From NCBI RefSeq assembly GCF_009914755.1, contig NC_060932.1: a stretch of 64,000 bases of DNA, one strand, 5' to 3'. Origin of the DNA: the human T2T-CHM13v2.0 reference genome, Homo sapiens. The notes beneath the pieces are model-generated. The model did not search any database, was not told where the DNA came from, and saw only the letters and a list, made by a program, of their open reading frames with translations. The first letter of the stretch is position 1, and every line of letters begins with the position of its first letter. The translations under genes and the position numbers were made by a program. This document shows, piece by piece, positions 44,491 through 57,994 of the stretch.

Positions 44491-45319
44491 TCCTTATGAC
44501 ATTCCTCTAAAGAGTGCCAGTAGATATAAATTTGGATATATATTTTTTTATAAAGTAGATACTGAACTATTCTTATTTTTTAAAAAGTATTTTGTATTCA
44601 GAGATACAAATTCCAGAATATCTCTGAAATAATATTTTACTATATATGTTGTACTATAGTTTATAATACTATATTGCCTTCAAAGTGCCGCCAATCTGCA
44701 TTCCACTTTTTATTTATTTAACAGTTTCCTCCAGAGTTAAAATGTTTGTGTAACTGGGTTTTAGGTGGAGGGACTGGGGGCAAGAAGTGTGAATTGTTCT
44801 GTGCCCTGTACGTAAAGATTAAGTACTATTCCTAAGCAGTAGTCATGTTAGTTAATAATTGTATTTATTTTTATAGGGAGAGGAGTAAATAATTTTACCA
44901 TATGACTAACATAGTGAAGAGTCATTGAAATATTTTCATATGCAGTATTTTCATTATCCAATGGTCATGTTAAAAGACTCAGCATAACTTTATATTCCAG
45001 TATGAATAAGTAAATATTTGAATTTAATATTTCCACAAGAAGTAGTTTCTTTTGGCATGTTTGGTTGAATATCCATACTCTACATAAGTGTGCCTTCATA
45101 TATTACTTTTTTGTAATTTTTTACCCTAGAGTCTGGTTTAATGAAAAGATGCACAGTAGTGTATGTTATGATTAAACTTCATGACAGGGTTTAGGATATA
45201 ATCAGTTGTTTAACTTAGGCATGTAAAGATTAAAAGTAGCTATGAAATAAAGTAGAAAAAGAAAGTAATCCAAGATTTTTCTTTAAAACTACTAATATAA
45301 ATTTATGTTGCAGTTGACA

Positions 45320-45945
45320 GTATGTTAGGATAGACTAGATATCAGAGTCCAGTCTTGATAGAAACTATAATAGTAATTTGAACAGGGACATTTTGATATA
45401 AAGTATTACTACTCATAGCAAGGAGCAGCCTTCTTCTAGGGGTAAGGTAGAGTACCTATGACAGAAACAAATTTCAGAGAAGCCCTTCCTGTGTGTCTGA
45501 GGCTGAGATTCAGCCCTCATTGGAGGATGTGATTGTGGCTCACTGAGCTGTCTCAGGCTGTGGCAGGCAAGCAGGACATCATCTGTGGGAACGTTGGTGG
45601 GACTTGCAGAGAAGCTGGCTGAGGTGCTTAGGAAACTTATTGGGAAGCCACCTCTTGGGGTGCCAGTGAGACTTCTTGAGAAACTGTCTGCTGGGGTGCC
45701 ACTGAAACTTGCTAAGAGGTTGAGTAACACTGGGTGTCTATAAGCTACTGGCAACCATGCACTGTAGCAAGAACAACGAAACACCCAGAACCTTGAAGTC
45801 CTTTCTTCCTTTAATGTCACTATGGCTCCCTCTAGTGACAAAGTTTAACATTTTGCCAACTGCAAAGGAGAAATGGTGACAGTCCAGATTCACTATCACA
45901 AAGCAGGTCAAAGAAGGGTGGATTTGGAGCTGAGAGGCAGTAAAT
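45320..45945 (-). mobile_element. Ancient LTR (LTR78/79/MamGyp-like) with internal degenerate ~35-bp repeats
   Basis: AGTCCAGTC...GAAAC...TTTGAACAGGG start; GGTGGATTTGGAGCTGAGAGGCA end; repeated GGGGTGCCA(G/C)TGA(G/A)ACTT. Confidence 0.45.
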
Positions 45946-46974
45946 TTATAGTAGGCTATGTTATCCCCAATATTCGTATCTTAAAACAACAAAGGTTTAT
46001 TTCTTTTTGGCGTTATATGTTTCTCTGGATCTCTTTGGGTCTCTACTCCATGTCATCCTCATCCTGGGACACAGGTTAGTGGAGAAAATGCTTTCTGGAA
46101 CATTCTGAGCAGCTGAAAAGGGAGGCTGCAGTGAATCCTAAGTTGTCTCTTAAAATTTCCTCTCAGAGGTATGCATACAACTTCTGCTTGCATTTTGTTG
46201 GCCAAAGCAAATTTCATGATCATGCCTACCTAACTCAGGGTAGAGAAGGACAATCCTATCATGTATAGAGGGAGAACCAGGAGAATTTGTTGAAAAATAT
46301 AACTATCACAGGATTGATAGAATTGGCATTAGAAAAGTGGGCAATCCTTAGGATAATTGTAGTTCCCGCTTTACAATTTTGTCTTATTTGCTTTCTACTT
46401 TTTAAAGAATAAATTTTAGTGAAAAATAGTATCAACATACAAATTGATGATGCTTTTTACTTCTGAACCAGTGAACTCAAACTAGACAATGAGCTTAGTC
46501 ATTTGTGTAACATAGTGAAGCTGATAAACTAAATCAGCAGGAAATTTTTTTTTGAAGGTTAGGTACAAATAGACTTTTATTTTGAAATTTTGCATTTTTA
46601 AAATGTTGTGTTAACTAATTCTTATAAGATATAGAAAGTGGCAGGGCTGCTGTCCAGGTCATGTCATTCCTGGATGTATGCATAGTCCTTGAACTGGATT
46701 TCCCAGGATGAACCCAGAATGTATGGGCTTGGAGGCTGCCTGCAGTCGGCAAGTGCTCTGGGTGAGCTGGGCCAGGGAATTACAGGTACATGTAATATGA
46801 AATGCCTCTATATGCCTCTATAGGATTTTTTTCCCATTTATGGTTAGTCTTGGATAGGGGATAGAAAACGAGATTTAGATATTTGGATAATAGTCCTGGC
46901 TCCATCATTTATAAGCTGTGCTATCTTGAAGAAGTTAGTTAACTTCCTGCATTCTATAAAATGAAGATTGAAAA

Positions 46975-47280
46975 CACAAGTCCACAATTCTGTAACTGAA
47001 ACTCATGGTGGCAGATGTTTTGGAATTCAAGTATTTTAGACTTTAAAAATGTAAAGGTGTATATACTATAAGATATGTAACTCTTAGCAGGGTTAGGACA
47101 GTAGCCCCTAATCAAACATTGATATTTCTCTCGTGAAACATATGAATATTTACAAAAGGGTTAAATAAGGACTATATATAGTCAGGCCAGGAATTTTGGC
47201 CCAGACTTACACAAAAATAATTTTTGTTTTCAGAGCTTTTTGGATTTGGGAATTGTGGTTAAGGAAGTATGGGTGTGTGG
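46975..47280. mobile_element. MER46C/Tigger-type MITE inside a MIR
   Basis: AAGTCCACAATTC...CAGATGTTTTGGAATTC...TTTTCAGAGCTTTTTGGATTTGGGAATTGTGGTTAAGG. Confidence 0.55.
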
Positions 47281-48300
47281 TATCTTTATCATAGGAGTAA
47301 AGTGATGCTATATAAATGAAAGTGCCTGTGAGCTGTAAATTGCTGTAATATGTTAATTATTGTAATCATAGTGGCTGTTGATGTGACCATTATCACCAGC
47401 TATTTAAAATAATATTTAAAGGAAAAATTGAAAATTAGATTTTGCTACTTGTAGGATTTTACATAGATCAATATTGGGGTCTTTATTGATCCCAGGTCAT
47501 TTGAATTTTGATTTAAAACAATTTAAATTTTACTCTTTCCAGAAAGAGCGTTACACATAAAATATCTGATTATATAACTCTTTTGTTTAACGTATCAGTG
47601 TTTCCCTATTGCCAGCTACATGCAGCCTTTAACTGGATTCCTTCTCTGAACCATGGAACATACAAAATAGTAAGTAATTCTTTTCTTCTACCAGGGATGG
47701 ATACATAAATAGTACCATTCTAGAAGCATAAGAAATAAATTAATGTGTTACATACAATGGATGACTTAGAACATTAGAGCTTACCTCTCTTCCAGACCTC
47801 TAGCTGACAAAGGCTAGAAAAAGTGTAAAATTCTTAGCATGTCAAACTAGGTCCTTCATGATTTGTCCTCTCTTCATTTACCATCTTTTAGACTTTTCTT
47901 CTCCCTTCCCACTGTATATTTTGGCTGAATAGTTAATTTACTTTAACTTAATGCTTCCTAACCTTTTTCACGTGATTCCACATGTAGAAAACAATAAAGG
48001 AGGTGTATGTCATATTGAGATAAACTGGGAAAGATTGGGGGCATCTACATGAAAGTTGGTAAAAAAATTAATCACATCTTAAGTTACAAAATTCTAAGCA
48101 AAACAAAAGGCAAGGTATTATGGAAGATAGCAAATGTTGAGTTATGAAAACTTTAAATTTTTTTCAATATCTACAATGAGACACTTAGCCAGCTTCTATG
48201 AGCATATCTTTTTAATATCAGGTTTATTTATTTATCTTTGGACAGAAACACATTATTCCAAGGTTGTTTAATGATTATCTTTTCAAATTCCTGTTGGTCA

Positions 48301-48596
<296 letters not shown>

Positions 48597-51420
48597 CTAT
48601 TAGAATTTTGAAAATTCATCCTCTTTAAATTTTACTTCAAAGCTAGTAATATCCTTTAACTCATGTCCTTTTCTTTCAGTGACAATTATAATGTTGAAAT
48701 TTCCTCTGATAATGAGAATGGTATTCTAATCCATTTGAACTTTAAAAACAATATCAAATATTTAAAAATAATGTTGGTATTCCACAAGCATATATAATGC
48801 TCTGCTCATCTTAATTTTTCTTTAGGACTCATATTGTAACATTTGACTATCACTTTAACCTCACTATTCTGGAGCTAAACTGTTGCTTTGAATCTATAAA
48901 CTTTGTCATATTCATTAATATACTTTCACACAGTTTATGAAAATTTTTTATTAAGTTCGTTCAGATGTTCTAAACTCAGTTAAGCCATTTTTTGAAGTCA
49001 ATAACTACCTTTCAACAGATCTGTACAGTGAGAATCACTTACAATTTCAATGATATTTTTAACCCATAAACTTCAGAATACAAGCTTTTCCTTTCATAGA
49101 CAACAAACTTAGGTATGGAACAACAGAGAACAATATTCTGATCTCGTTTCTTTGTGTAAAGCCAACAGTAATTGGGATTGAAGCAGCTTGGAATTGATTA
49201 GATTTTTCATTTTGATAACATTTAATGTGGAATTCATATCTAAAGGCAAAATTTATATTCAAGAGCTCTGGAAATAAAATATTACTTGAATTTCAGATTT
49301 TTCAGAATGAACTCTGATTATAGAACTTTTCTACTTGTCATCGCAAATTTATACAATATTTCTATAATATTTTATAAATATTAGTGTTTCAAAATCTTAA
49401 TTTACCAATTTGAATATATTTTGTTTTTGGTACATCTTTGCAGGACAAATATCTTTTTAGTTTTTCCTCTTTAGTGGCTATAGTGTCAGTTATTAACTTA
49501 ATACTGTTTGCTGACTATAGATTCATTAATCTGCAGTGAAAACTTTAGTTAGTAATTTTGATTAGTGTTGTCTCTATATCCTCTCATGTGCCATCTATAC
49601 ACTTACTAATATCATTGAAAGTGACACATGTTCTTTGTCTTTTTTTCTTTTTGGTTCATCGATTTCAAATATAGTGTTGGCAGTTGGCAGTTTCTATGTA
49701 GACTTCTAAATGAGAGGTTCTGTATTATGCTTTGTTATTTTAAACTTGCAGACATTTTAAAAAGTTAAAATCTTGCTTTGTGGCAAGGTGCAGGCATTGT
49801 TTATTGGCCCCATAGCTTTATGTGCTAACTTCTTTATACAAATAGGACATTTAGTTTGAGAAAGAGAAGAATTATAGGAGTACAGGAACCAAAATTTGAG
49901 AAATGTATTATATTGCTGAAATAATTATTTACTTCAATAACTAAAATTTCAAAAATTTCATACTTGTACTCATACTTATATTTTCAAAAAAGTCTGCAGT
50001 CCCTTTACTGAACTTATTTAATTAAATTATGTTACATTATTTTTTATTTCTAAAATTAAAACAATCCACTATGAAATTCTGTCACGAATGACTCTCTTGG
50101 TAATTGTTAACATTAAAAGCCAATAAGAAAGAAATAAAGAGGGCCAGAATGAAAGATGGAAGAAAAGAAGGAAATACAAACAATAAAAAGATTGACAAAA
50201 TAATTTATATCCTATGTGGGACATCTAATACTAGATGTTGCTATTGTTGCAATGTAGTATTCCTACATACTTTATGTGCTGGAAAAATGTAGAAACAAGG
50301 GAAAATTAAAAATAAATGTTTTACATGTGTATATTAGACAAAGAACTTCAGTAATAATAACCCAATTGGGACAAAAGTAATAATTGGACTACCTGAGATG
50401 ATCCAATGGGAAGGTCGGGGAGAGGTACTACATGGCGCTGCTTCTACAAAGCCATATACACTCTACTCTCTAAAAGAATTTAAAAAATGGATATCCCCTT
50501 ATACATGTTTAAGTCTGCATCTAAAAATTTCCAGCAATACAGTATAGGGAATCAAAGATAATGATTGTTTTTGATTTAAGTATTTATTTGTTCTTCCTTT
50601 AAACAAATGCATTTTGAGCATCTGTTCTATACCAGCCACTGTACTAATTTAGGAAACAGAGAGGAATAGGACACAGTCTCTGCCCTTGAGGTGCTTATAA
50701 TTTAGTGGTAAAGAGTCATGTAAATAAATAATCCAAATGCATGATAAGTGCCTTAAAGTAGTTATATACCAAGTGTTGAACAGAGGAAGGGGCTAGTATA
50801 CGAACATGGAGGATTTAAGGAAGTCTTTATAACCAAAGATCACATTCAAACTGGCCTTGCAGGAAAAAGTATGTGGAGAAGAAGGGCATTTTAGACATAT
50901 GCTGTGAAAAGCATTTAGACACGGACTGTGAAAAGCATAGTGCATGGTGTCTTTGGGGAATAGCCAGTATTCCTATATTGCTAGGTGCATGGAAGATGGA
51001 AAGAAGGGATGGAGTGGTGGAAGGTGAAGCTAGTTGGTGAGAGTCAGTTACAAAGGGCATCATATGCAGGACTGATATTCAATTGACCTGCACCAGTACA
51101 GAGACACTAATTTTTAAAAACTGAATCACTTTGATGCATACTACTAAATATTATTGAGAGAATAAATTATCTAATGATGTTGTCTAGTGCAGTCTTATAG
51201 AATTATGAAACCTAGTAACCTTGCTGGTATGTATTAACATGGTCCTTGGAAGGCATGTACTGCCTGTAGTGTCAGTGCCTACCTGATACCCCTGTGCCCT
51301 GTTGTTGGTGGAGGCAATGGAAGGCTGCAGTGCAAGTGGTTTTCGTGGTAACTGCATTTTGCAGGGAGTGTCCTGAGGCACAGTGCTTTCAGTCTCTGTG
51401 GAAAACACTAACAGCTAGAT

Positions 51421-51622
51421 CTGGGGTATCCAATCTTTTGGCTTCCCTAGGCCACACTGGAAGAAGAAGAATTGTCTTGGGCCACACATAAAATGCACGA
51501 ATATGATAGCTGATGAGCTAAAAAAAAAAAATTGCAAAAAAATCTCATCATATTTTAAGGTTTACAAATTTATGTTGGGCCACATTCAAAGCTGCCCTTG
51601 GCCCGCGGGTTGGACAGGCTCA
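51421..51622 (+). mobile_element. MER30 (hAT-Charlie MITE) copy 1
   Basis: CTGGGGTATCCAATCTTTTGGCTTCCC...GGTTGGACAGGCTCA; 8-bp TSD AGCTAGAT/ATCTAGAT. Confidence 0.88.
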
Positions 51623-51863
51623 ATCTAGATGTTTATGTGACTATGACATGCAGGCAGCCTGCCCAGTTTGTTTTAAAGTTGTAGCAAAATGGTGGGTATC
51701 AGGGACCTAATGACTCTCATTTTAATTATGAATGTGTCAGGAGAAGTCTAATATTGTTCTAAATATCCAACCATGGCTCTGTTAAGAGATTGACACTTTA
51801 TAAAATTCAAAAAATGATTTGTAAGTTATTAGAATGACTGTATAAATAATTTATGCTATAACT

Positions 51864-52077
51864 CCCATGTGTCCAATCTTTTGGCTTCCCTGGGCCACAA
51901 TGGAAGAAGAGGAATTGTCTTGGGCCACACATAAAATACACTAACACTAACGATAGCTGATGAGCTAAAAAAAAAAATCTCATAATGTTTTAAGAAAGCT
52001 TATGAATTTGTGTTGAGCCTCATTCAAAGCTCTTCTGGGCCACATGTGGCCTGCGGTCTGCGGGTTGGACAAGCTTG
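51864..52077 (+). mobile_element. MER30 copy 2
   Basis: GTGTCCAATCTTTTGGCTTCCCTGGGCCAC...GGTTGGACAAGCTTG; TSD CTATAACT/CTGTAACT. Confidence 0.88.
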
Positions 52078-53614
52078 CTGTAACTCTTGTCATATGGAAA
52101 GCAGGTATCTATATATCTACATCTATACTTTATTTGGAAAAAAGAAAATATATTTTAATATTAATTTATATATTGATTTTTATATTAATTTTATATTGCT
52201 GTATCAGTTGTTAAATATTTAGAATCACCTATGGTTATATGTCATGCTAAGAAATTTGGGTTTATCTTATTGGCATATTTGATCTGTAGTGAAAGGTTTT
52301 GAAATGAGATAGTGATAGGGCCTGTTATGATATGTTAACAAGTGACTTCTGATGACTTAGTGTAAAAAATTCTCACTAGCATGAGAATTCTTACCAGTGC
52401 TCACTAGCATGAGAATTCCTACGAGTGCATTTTCACTGGTACTGCCTTGTATCCTGAGATCTTGTGTCTCTATTCTGGGTTTGTCCTCTGTATTGCTGCA
52501 GAGTATCTTCTTAAAAATGAAATTTAAATAATTAATTTTATGGCTGAAGAATCTTTTTAGGCTTTCTATTGCTTTGAATAAAATTCAAACTCCTTTTGCA
52601 TACACGGTCCTTCACAGCCCCTCTCCAACTTGTTTTTCCAGCTTCATCTTCCACTCCACCCTTTCATGTATCTTTACTTTTAGTTATAATAAAATTTTTA
52701 CTGTTTCTGGAGCATTGAAGGGGTAAAGGGGACCCTTTCATAAGGGAGATATGTATAGAATAAACAATTCAGTGAATTTATATGTCATATATACTATATA
52801 TCCTGAAATATTTGAAATTGGAACCAAATCAGTGTTGCTTTCATTTTAAAATCACCTTTGGAAGTAATTCAGACAACATTAAAGACATAAAACTCTCATT
52901 ACTCATTTTCTTCAACTTCAATAGGAAATCTTATGGAATTGTTTTGGAACACAGGCTTCCAATCTGCCACCAGATTTTGCAGCAGGAATTTATATAATCA
53001 TGCCATAGCTCAAACTGTCTCACAATTTACCATATGTTTCAATATTTCCAATGTTTTCAAACACTCTTCTCTCTTTCCCACCCCTTCCAGTTCACATTTC
53101 TCAGCTTTGTCCCAGCTCTTACCCCACAATTCTCATTTATTTCTCTGATTCATGGTTAATCTTTGTTATAGCCTTCCAGTTTGAAGTTCATTCTATACTG
53201 GTTCTCCTTCCTGGACTTTTTTTAAGTCACTTAAAATAAGCAGTGCTTAATCCTGAATTTAGAATTCTTGATTTCTGGCTTGGGTTCTGATCTCTCAGAT
53301 CTCTCAGTACATGTTTTCGTGGCTTTACTACTTTTTTTTTTTTTTTTTTTTAACCTCTGTTTAAATTTACCAGAGCCAGAAACATTACGGTTTAGACTCA
53401 GGCTGGCTCCTGTAACAATATAATATTTTCAGGAAAAATTTTCCTCTTAGAAACCCTGTATTCATCTGGTTAGAGCTTAGGGGAATTTCTGTAGTCTAAA
53501 TCTAATCAATTAAAATGGCTTTTTATAAGTAGCTGGATTTTTATGACTGCAAATATTGCTTTCCTGCTTATTTTCCTTCTAATCCTGTGTTTACTTAGCT
53601 AGTTCAAGGAGTCA

Positions 53615-53835
53615 AGGCAGTACAGTGTATATAAGGAAGGGCTTTGGCATTAGTCAACTCTGGGTCATATCCTAGTTTCCCAGTTACTAATTTTGTGACC
53701 TTGAGCAAGTCACTTAATCTCTTGGACTCTCTGTCTCTTTATCTATAAATTAAAAACAATGACTATTTCATAGGGTTGTGGTAAGATGCAAATGTAATGT
53801 GACGGGTACACAGAAGACATTCAATAAATGTTAAA
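53615..53835 (+). mobile_element. MIR
   Basis: GTGACCTTGAGCAAGTCACTTAATCTC...TCTATAAA...TCATAGGGTTGTG. Confidence 0.8.
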
Positions 53836-54535
53836 AGGAAAACAGATACTATGAATTTTAGGCTACTTTTTCTGCTGCCATGCTTGTGCTCTACATCCCC
53901 ATCTGAAGTTAGATTCATTTGTTTACATGAAGTCTTGAGGGTTAGAAGATGAGCCTAGAGTGAGAGGAAGTGAGAAGAACACAGGTGAAATTCATCTGAG
54001 TATTTGTCCTTGAACATTATCTTTACTAGAGAGTTTTTGAGATTGTTGATAACAGCAAATTGCTCTCTTGGGGTAAGAAGATGTTTTTTGTTTGTTTAAA
54101 CATTTTAAAAAATAAACAGTGTGCTGAAAATAGTTAAACAGAGTGTCATCTTTGCTCTTTGCTTGCCATTAGTAATCTGACAATTATAATTTTAAAGTAT
54201 TTTCATAACTATTTCAAAATAGTAATAATTTAAAAATAGTTTAAAAAATTCTGCAAACCATCTTATTCACATCTAAGCCCTGCTATGGACTTACCATGTA
54301 GTTTGAGAAGTATGTATTTCAAGGCTGTTCATTACTTTTTCAAATTTTATCGAAATAATAGTATTCTTAAGTTTATATTAATTCTCTTCTGACCATTCTA
54401 AGTACTGAAATCACCATCTTTCAAATAGTTTCATCTGGAGCTCTGATTACCTTATATAAACATAGAAAGTTCAAAGACTATTCATTTTTTATCTCAATTT
54501 TCATTATAAAAATGTAATAACAATAATAGTTTTTA

Positions 54536-54905
54536 TCCTTGCGATAGTTTGCTGAGAATGATGGTTTCCAGTTTCATCCATGTCCCTACAAAGGACATGA
54601 ACTCATCATTTTTTATGGCTGCATAGTATTCCGTGGTGTACCAAACACTGCGTGTTCTCACTCATAGGTGGGAATTGAACAATGAGAACACATGGACACA
54701 GGAAGGGGAACATCACACTCTGGGGACTGTTGTGGGGTGAAGGGAGGGGGGAGGGATAGCATTAGGAGATATACCTAATGCTAAATGAGGAGTTAATGGG
54801 TGCAGCACACCAACATGGCACATGTATACATATGTAACAAACCTGCACATTGTGCACATGTACCCTAAAACTTAAAGTATAATAATAATAAAATTAAAAA
54901 AAACC
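54536..54905 (+). mobile_element. Short L1PA (PA3-5-like) 3' end with 5' inversion (54536-54640 inverted)
   Basis: Near-consensus L1PA 3' UTR; TSD AATAGTTTTTA at 54525-54535 and 54906-54916. Confidence 0.93.
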
Positions 54906-56680
54906 AATAGTTTTTAAAATGAAAAAAGTGTGTAACCTCACCATCCTATACAACTGTTCATTTTTATATCTTCCTCTCTATTTTTATCTGTATGCATCAT
55001 ATGTTTTACATAGATGCAGTTATGGTATATATACAGTTTTATATTTTGCTTATTTATTATAATTTTTTACTTAATAGGATATCATAAATATTTCTTCCAT
55101 GAATAGATTTTCTCAGCCATCTACCTCAGCATCTGTCACATGCTTGCCATATTCAATTAAATGGGTTCCTCTCCATTCTAGTTTTCAGTAATTGCAGAAA
55201 ATTTCATTGCAATTAAAACAAAAATAGTCAACATTTTACTATTCATTTTTGCTGTGTGTTTTGCTTTGATTTTTGCTCCGGTGTCATGCCAAATGTGGGA
55301 CATAACCCTATTTCCTGGATTCTAAAGTTGTACTCATATCAGGCAGCTGCATTAGTAGCATTTCTCTGGAGATTTGGGGATAAAGATGATGAGGTTCCCA
55401 AGAGTGGATAATTCAAAATTGAAGTAGACTTTCTCATTCTTAAAAAAAAAAAACAAAAAACACTTTGAGCATTTCTACCCACTTATGTCCATTTTGTTGC
55501 CCCTGCTTCTTCCTGCTCTACCTTGCTTCTCTCATTTCTTTTCCACTCTCCAATCTCTATTAGTTTTGTAATATCAGGCTAGTAATGTTTTTTTTCTTTC
55601 AGTCTATTTTCTGTTGGAGTTTCCTTTCAACTCTGCAGTAGTTTATCAAAGTATTTTCCTAAATGGACAGTTTCTTCCTCAAAGAAAAAATCTTCAATAT
55701 CATTTGGTAAAGTATTTTTCCTCCATTCTACTGCATAGTCTTTTCTATCAATTGTTGTTCAATTGAATTTTGTTGGTCTTTAGGGGATTCCTTCAGACTT
55801 AGGTTTGCCTAGACCTAACTAATATTAAGATTTCAGTAAGGGTTTTACTGCATCTACTTAAGCGAAAGGTGAAGAGCCATTAGGTTGTCATTATAATTAG
55901 ATTTCAGCAATTTTTTTTCTTAAGATCATATGGAGTAGAGTGATACTTTGATTAACAATTCTTCGAGGATATAGCTCCTTTAAAATAGCCTCGGTAAAAT
56001 AGAAGAAAAAATTATTGGTCATGTTAAACAGAGTTGTTCTGATTCTTGTGGCTCTAAGACAGTGTTACTAGTGGCAGTGCAGTTTCTATTTATCTGCCCA
56101 AGTTTGATAACAATGAAGCCTGGGCCAAGGTAAAGTAGTGAGCTTGTTGGAACCTATCTTGTGCTCTTTGTCATTTTCCCATTTGATACCTTTCTTTTTA
56201 CCACTTACAAATGACTTCTTCCTTTGGGTATCTGATGGTTTCCAACTCTTTATTCTCTCCTCAGTCCCTAGTGCATTAGAAAAAGAGTAATCGATTATTT
56301 ATATTTTTCCAAATGGGAAATTACAATAACCTTAATTTCTGAATGGCTAATAAGTTATAACCTTAAACAGATATTTACTTACCAGTTAAGCCAGTTATTG
56401 GTAACTTACTTTTTGTGGAGACTGAGAGCAGAAATTGAGTGTGATATAGTGTTCTTTTCCTCCTTGAGTTTAGCACAGTGCCTGACACATAGTAGGTGTA
56501 AGTAATGAATTAATGAAGGAGTTAAAGACACTTTGTTTAAAGAGTTTCAATAGATTGGTAGAAGAAATGAAGGGGTACAATGACAGGGAATTTTAGAATC
56601 ATAGTAAGAACACTTTAAAAACTGACCTTGAATGTAAACTGGAATTAATCATTTTGCTGTGGCCAGGAATGATGATGGGA

Positions 56681-56732
56681 TGTGTGTGTTTATGTGTGTG
56701 TGTGCATGTGTGTGTGCATGTGTGTGTGTGTG
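56681..56732 (+). repeat. Interrupted (TG)n with two TGCATG motifs
   Basis: Seen directly; a second (TG)n lies at ~56983-57016. Confidence 0.9.
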
Positions 56733-57994
56733 CAGTATGAGAGATACAGAGAGAGAGAAAAATGGGAGAAGCACATGGGAGATTATTTACTCTTTACATA
56801 GAGGATGTCTTGAGTCTTCAGTATCCATTCTGTGTTAATGCATTACTTGCCAAACTGTGCAGATTCATCATTTGATTTTGCATTGGGCATCAGTTCACTT
56901 GCCACCTATTATTTGCCTAGGAAAGATGTGATTGACTTTGACTGCAGCTATTTGGGTCTTGCCCATGGACTTAAAGTAATTTTGTGTGTGTGTTTGTGTG
57001 TGTCTGTGTGTGTGTGGTGAGTTAGGATTGAGTCATTCTGTGACCATTAGTTATTTTTAAAATATCTGTCTTGAATAAGGAAAGTAGATAAGTTGAAAAT
57101 GGACCAGTAGGTTGGGGCAGGATTAGGCAGGGACTTGTATGACATGGCAAGGAATTTGGCTTTATTCTAATTATACTGACAATGTAAAGCAGGCAGGTTG
57201 AGGGGTATGGTGTTGGGGGACATGATGATAGTCAGTGTTATAGAGTGAGGGCAAATGAGGTGGCAGATTTCTGCCTCAAATAACAGTTCAGTTTTGAACA
57301 AACATGAAGTTTGGTTTGTGATCCCAAGTAAATAGATGAAGTCTTATGTCTCCCAAGACTTGTGATTTTTTTTTCAATTTTTCAGATGAGTTAGGCTATC
57401 TTGACATTTTATTATTTCTATCTTCTAAAATGTTTACTGTGTTTCTGTTTTTGCTTATGGGATAGTGCTGCTACATTTGAAATGATACATTAAGTACAAC
57501 CTATAGGTATGAGTTATAATTCCTATTTTAATTAAAATTGTTACTTGCCTTTAGTCTTCAAAACTAAGATGATTTTGCTACCCAAAAAATGAATTGTAGT
57601 GTTTGTGGAAAATATTTTCTAAGTACTGACAACTGTAATTGTAATAAAAATTGGATTATATTTTAATAAAGATTTATAGTTTCAGAGGGACTTTCTGTTT
57701 TTGCATTTGAACTGCTGATTGTTTCAGTTGAAAATGGTCCAACTTCATTTGCCCCAAGTGTTATTAAAATACATAACGACATAGGTGTCATTGGTATACT
57801 TAAGAAATAGGCTAAGAAGAAAAAAAAAGGAGTTGAAGAGAAGAGTATAGAGAATTGGAATGGATGAATGAGAAAGAGGAAGAATGGACAAGAAACACAA
57901 AAATGACAGGGTTTCTCTTTTTGCTCATGGGATAGTGCTGATACATTTGAAATGAAGCATTTGAAATGAGGAGATCCACGCCACCGAAAGTTGT

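Noticed and set aside
45413-45841. 142-aa minus-strand ORF with internal repeats
   Set aside because: Lies in an old LTR-like element with degenerate tandem units; no domain similarity recognised.
50886-50938. ~24-bp diverged tandem duplication (CTGTGAAAAGCAT x2)
   Set aside because: Ordinary slippage within an L2 relic.
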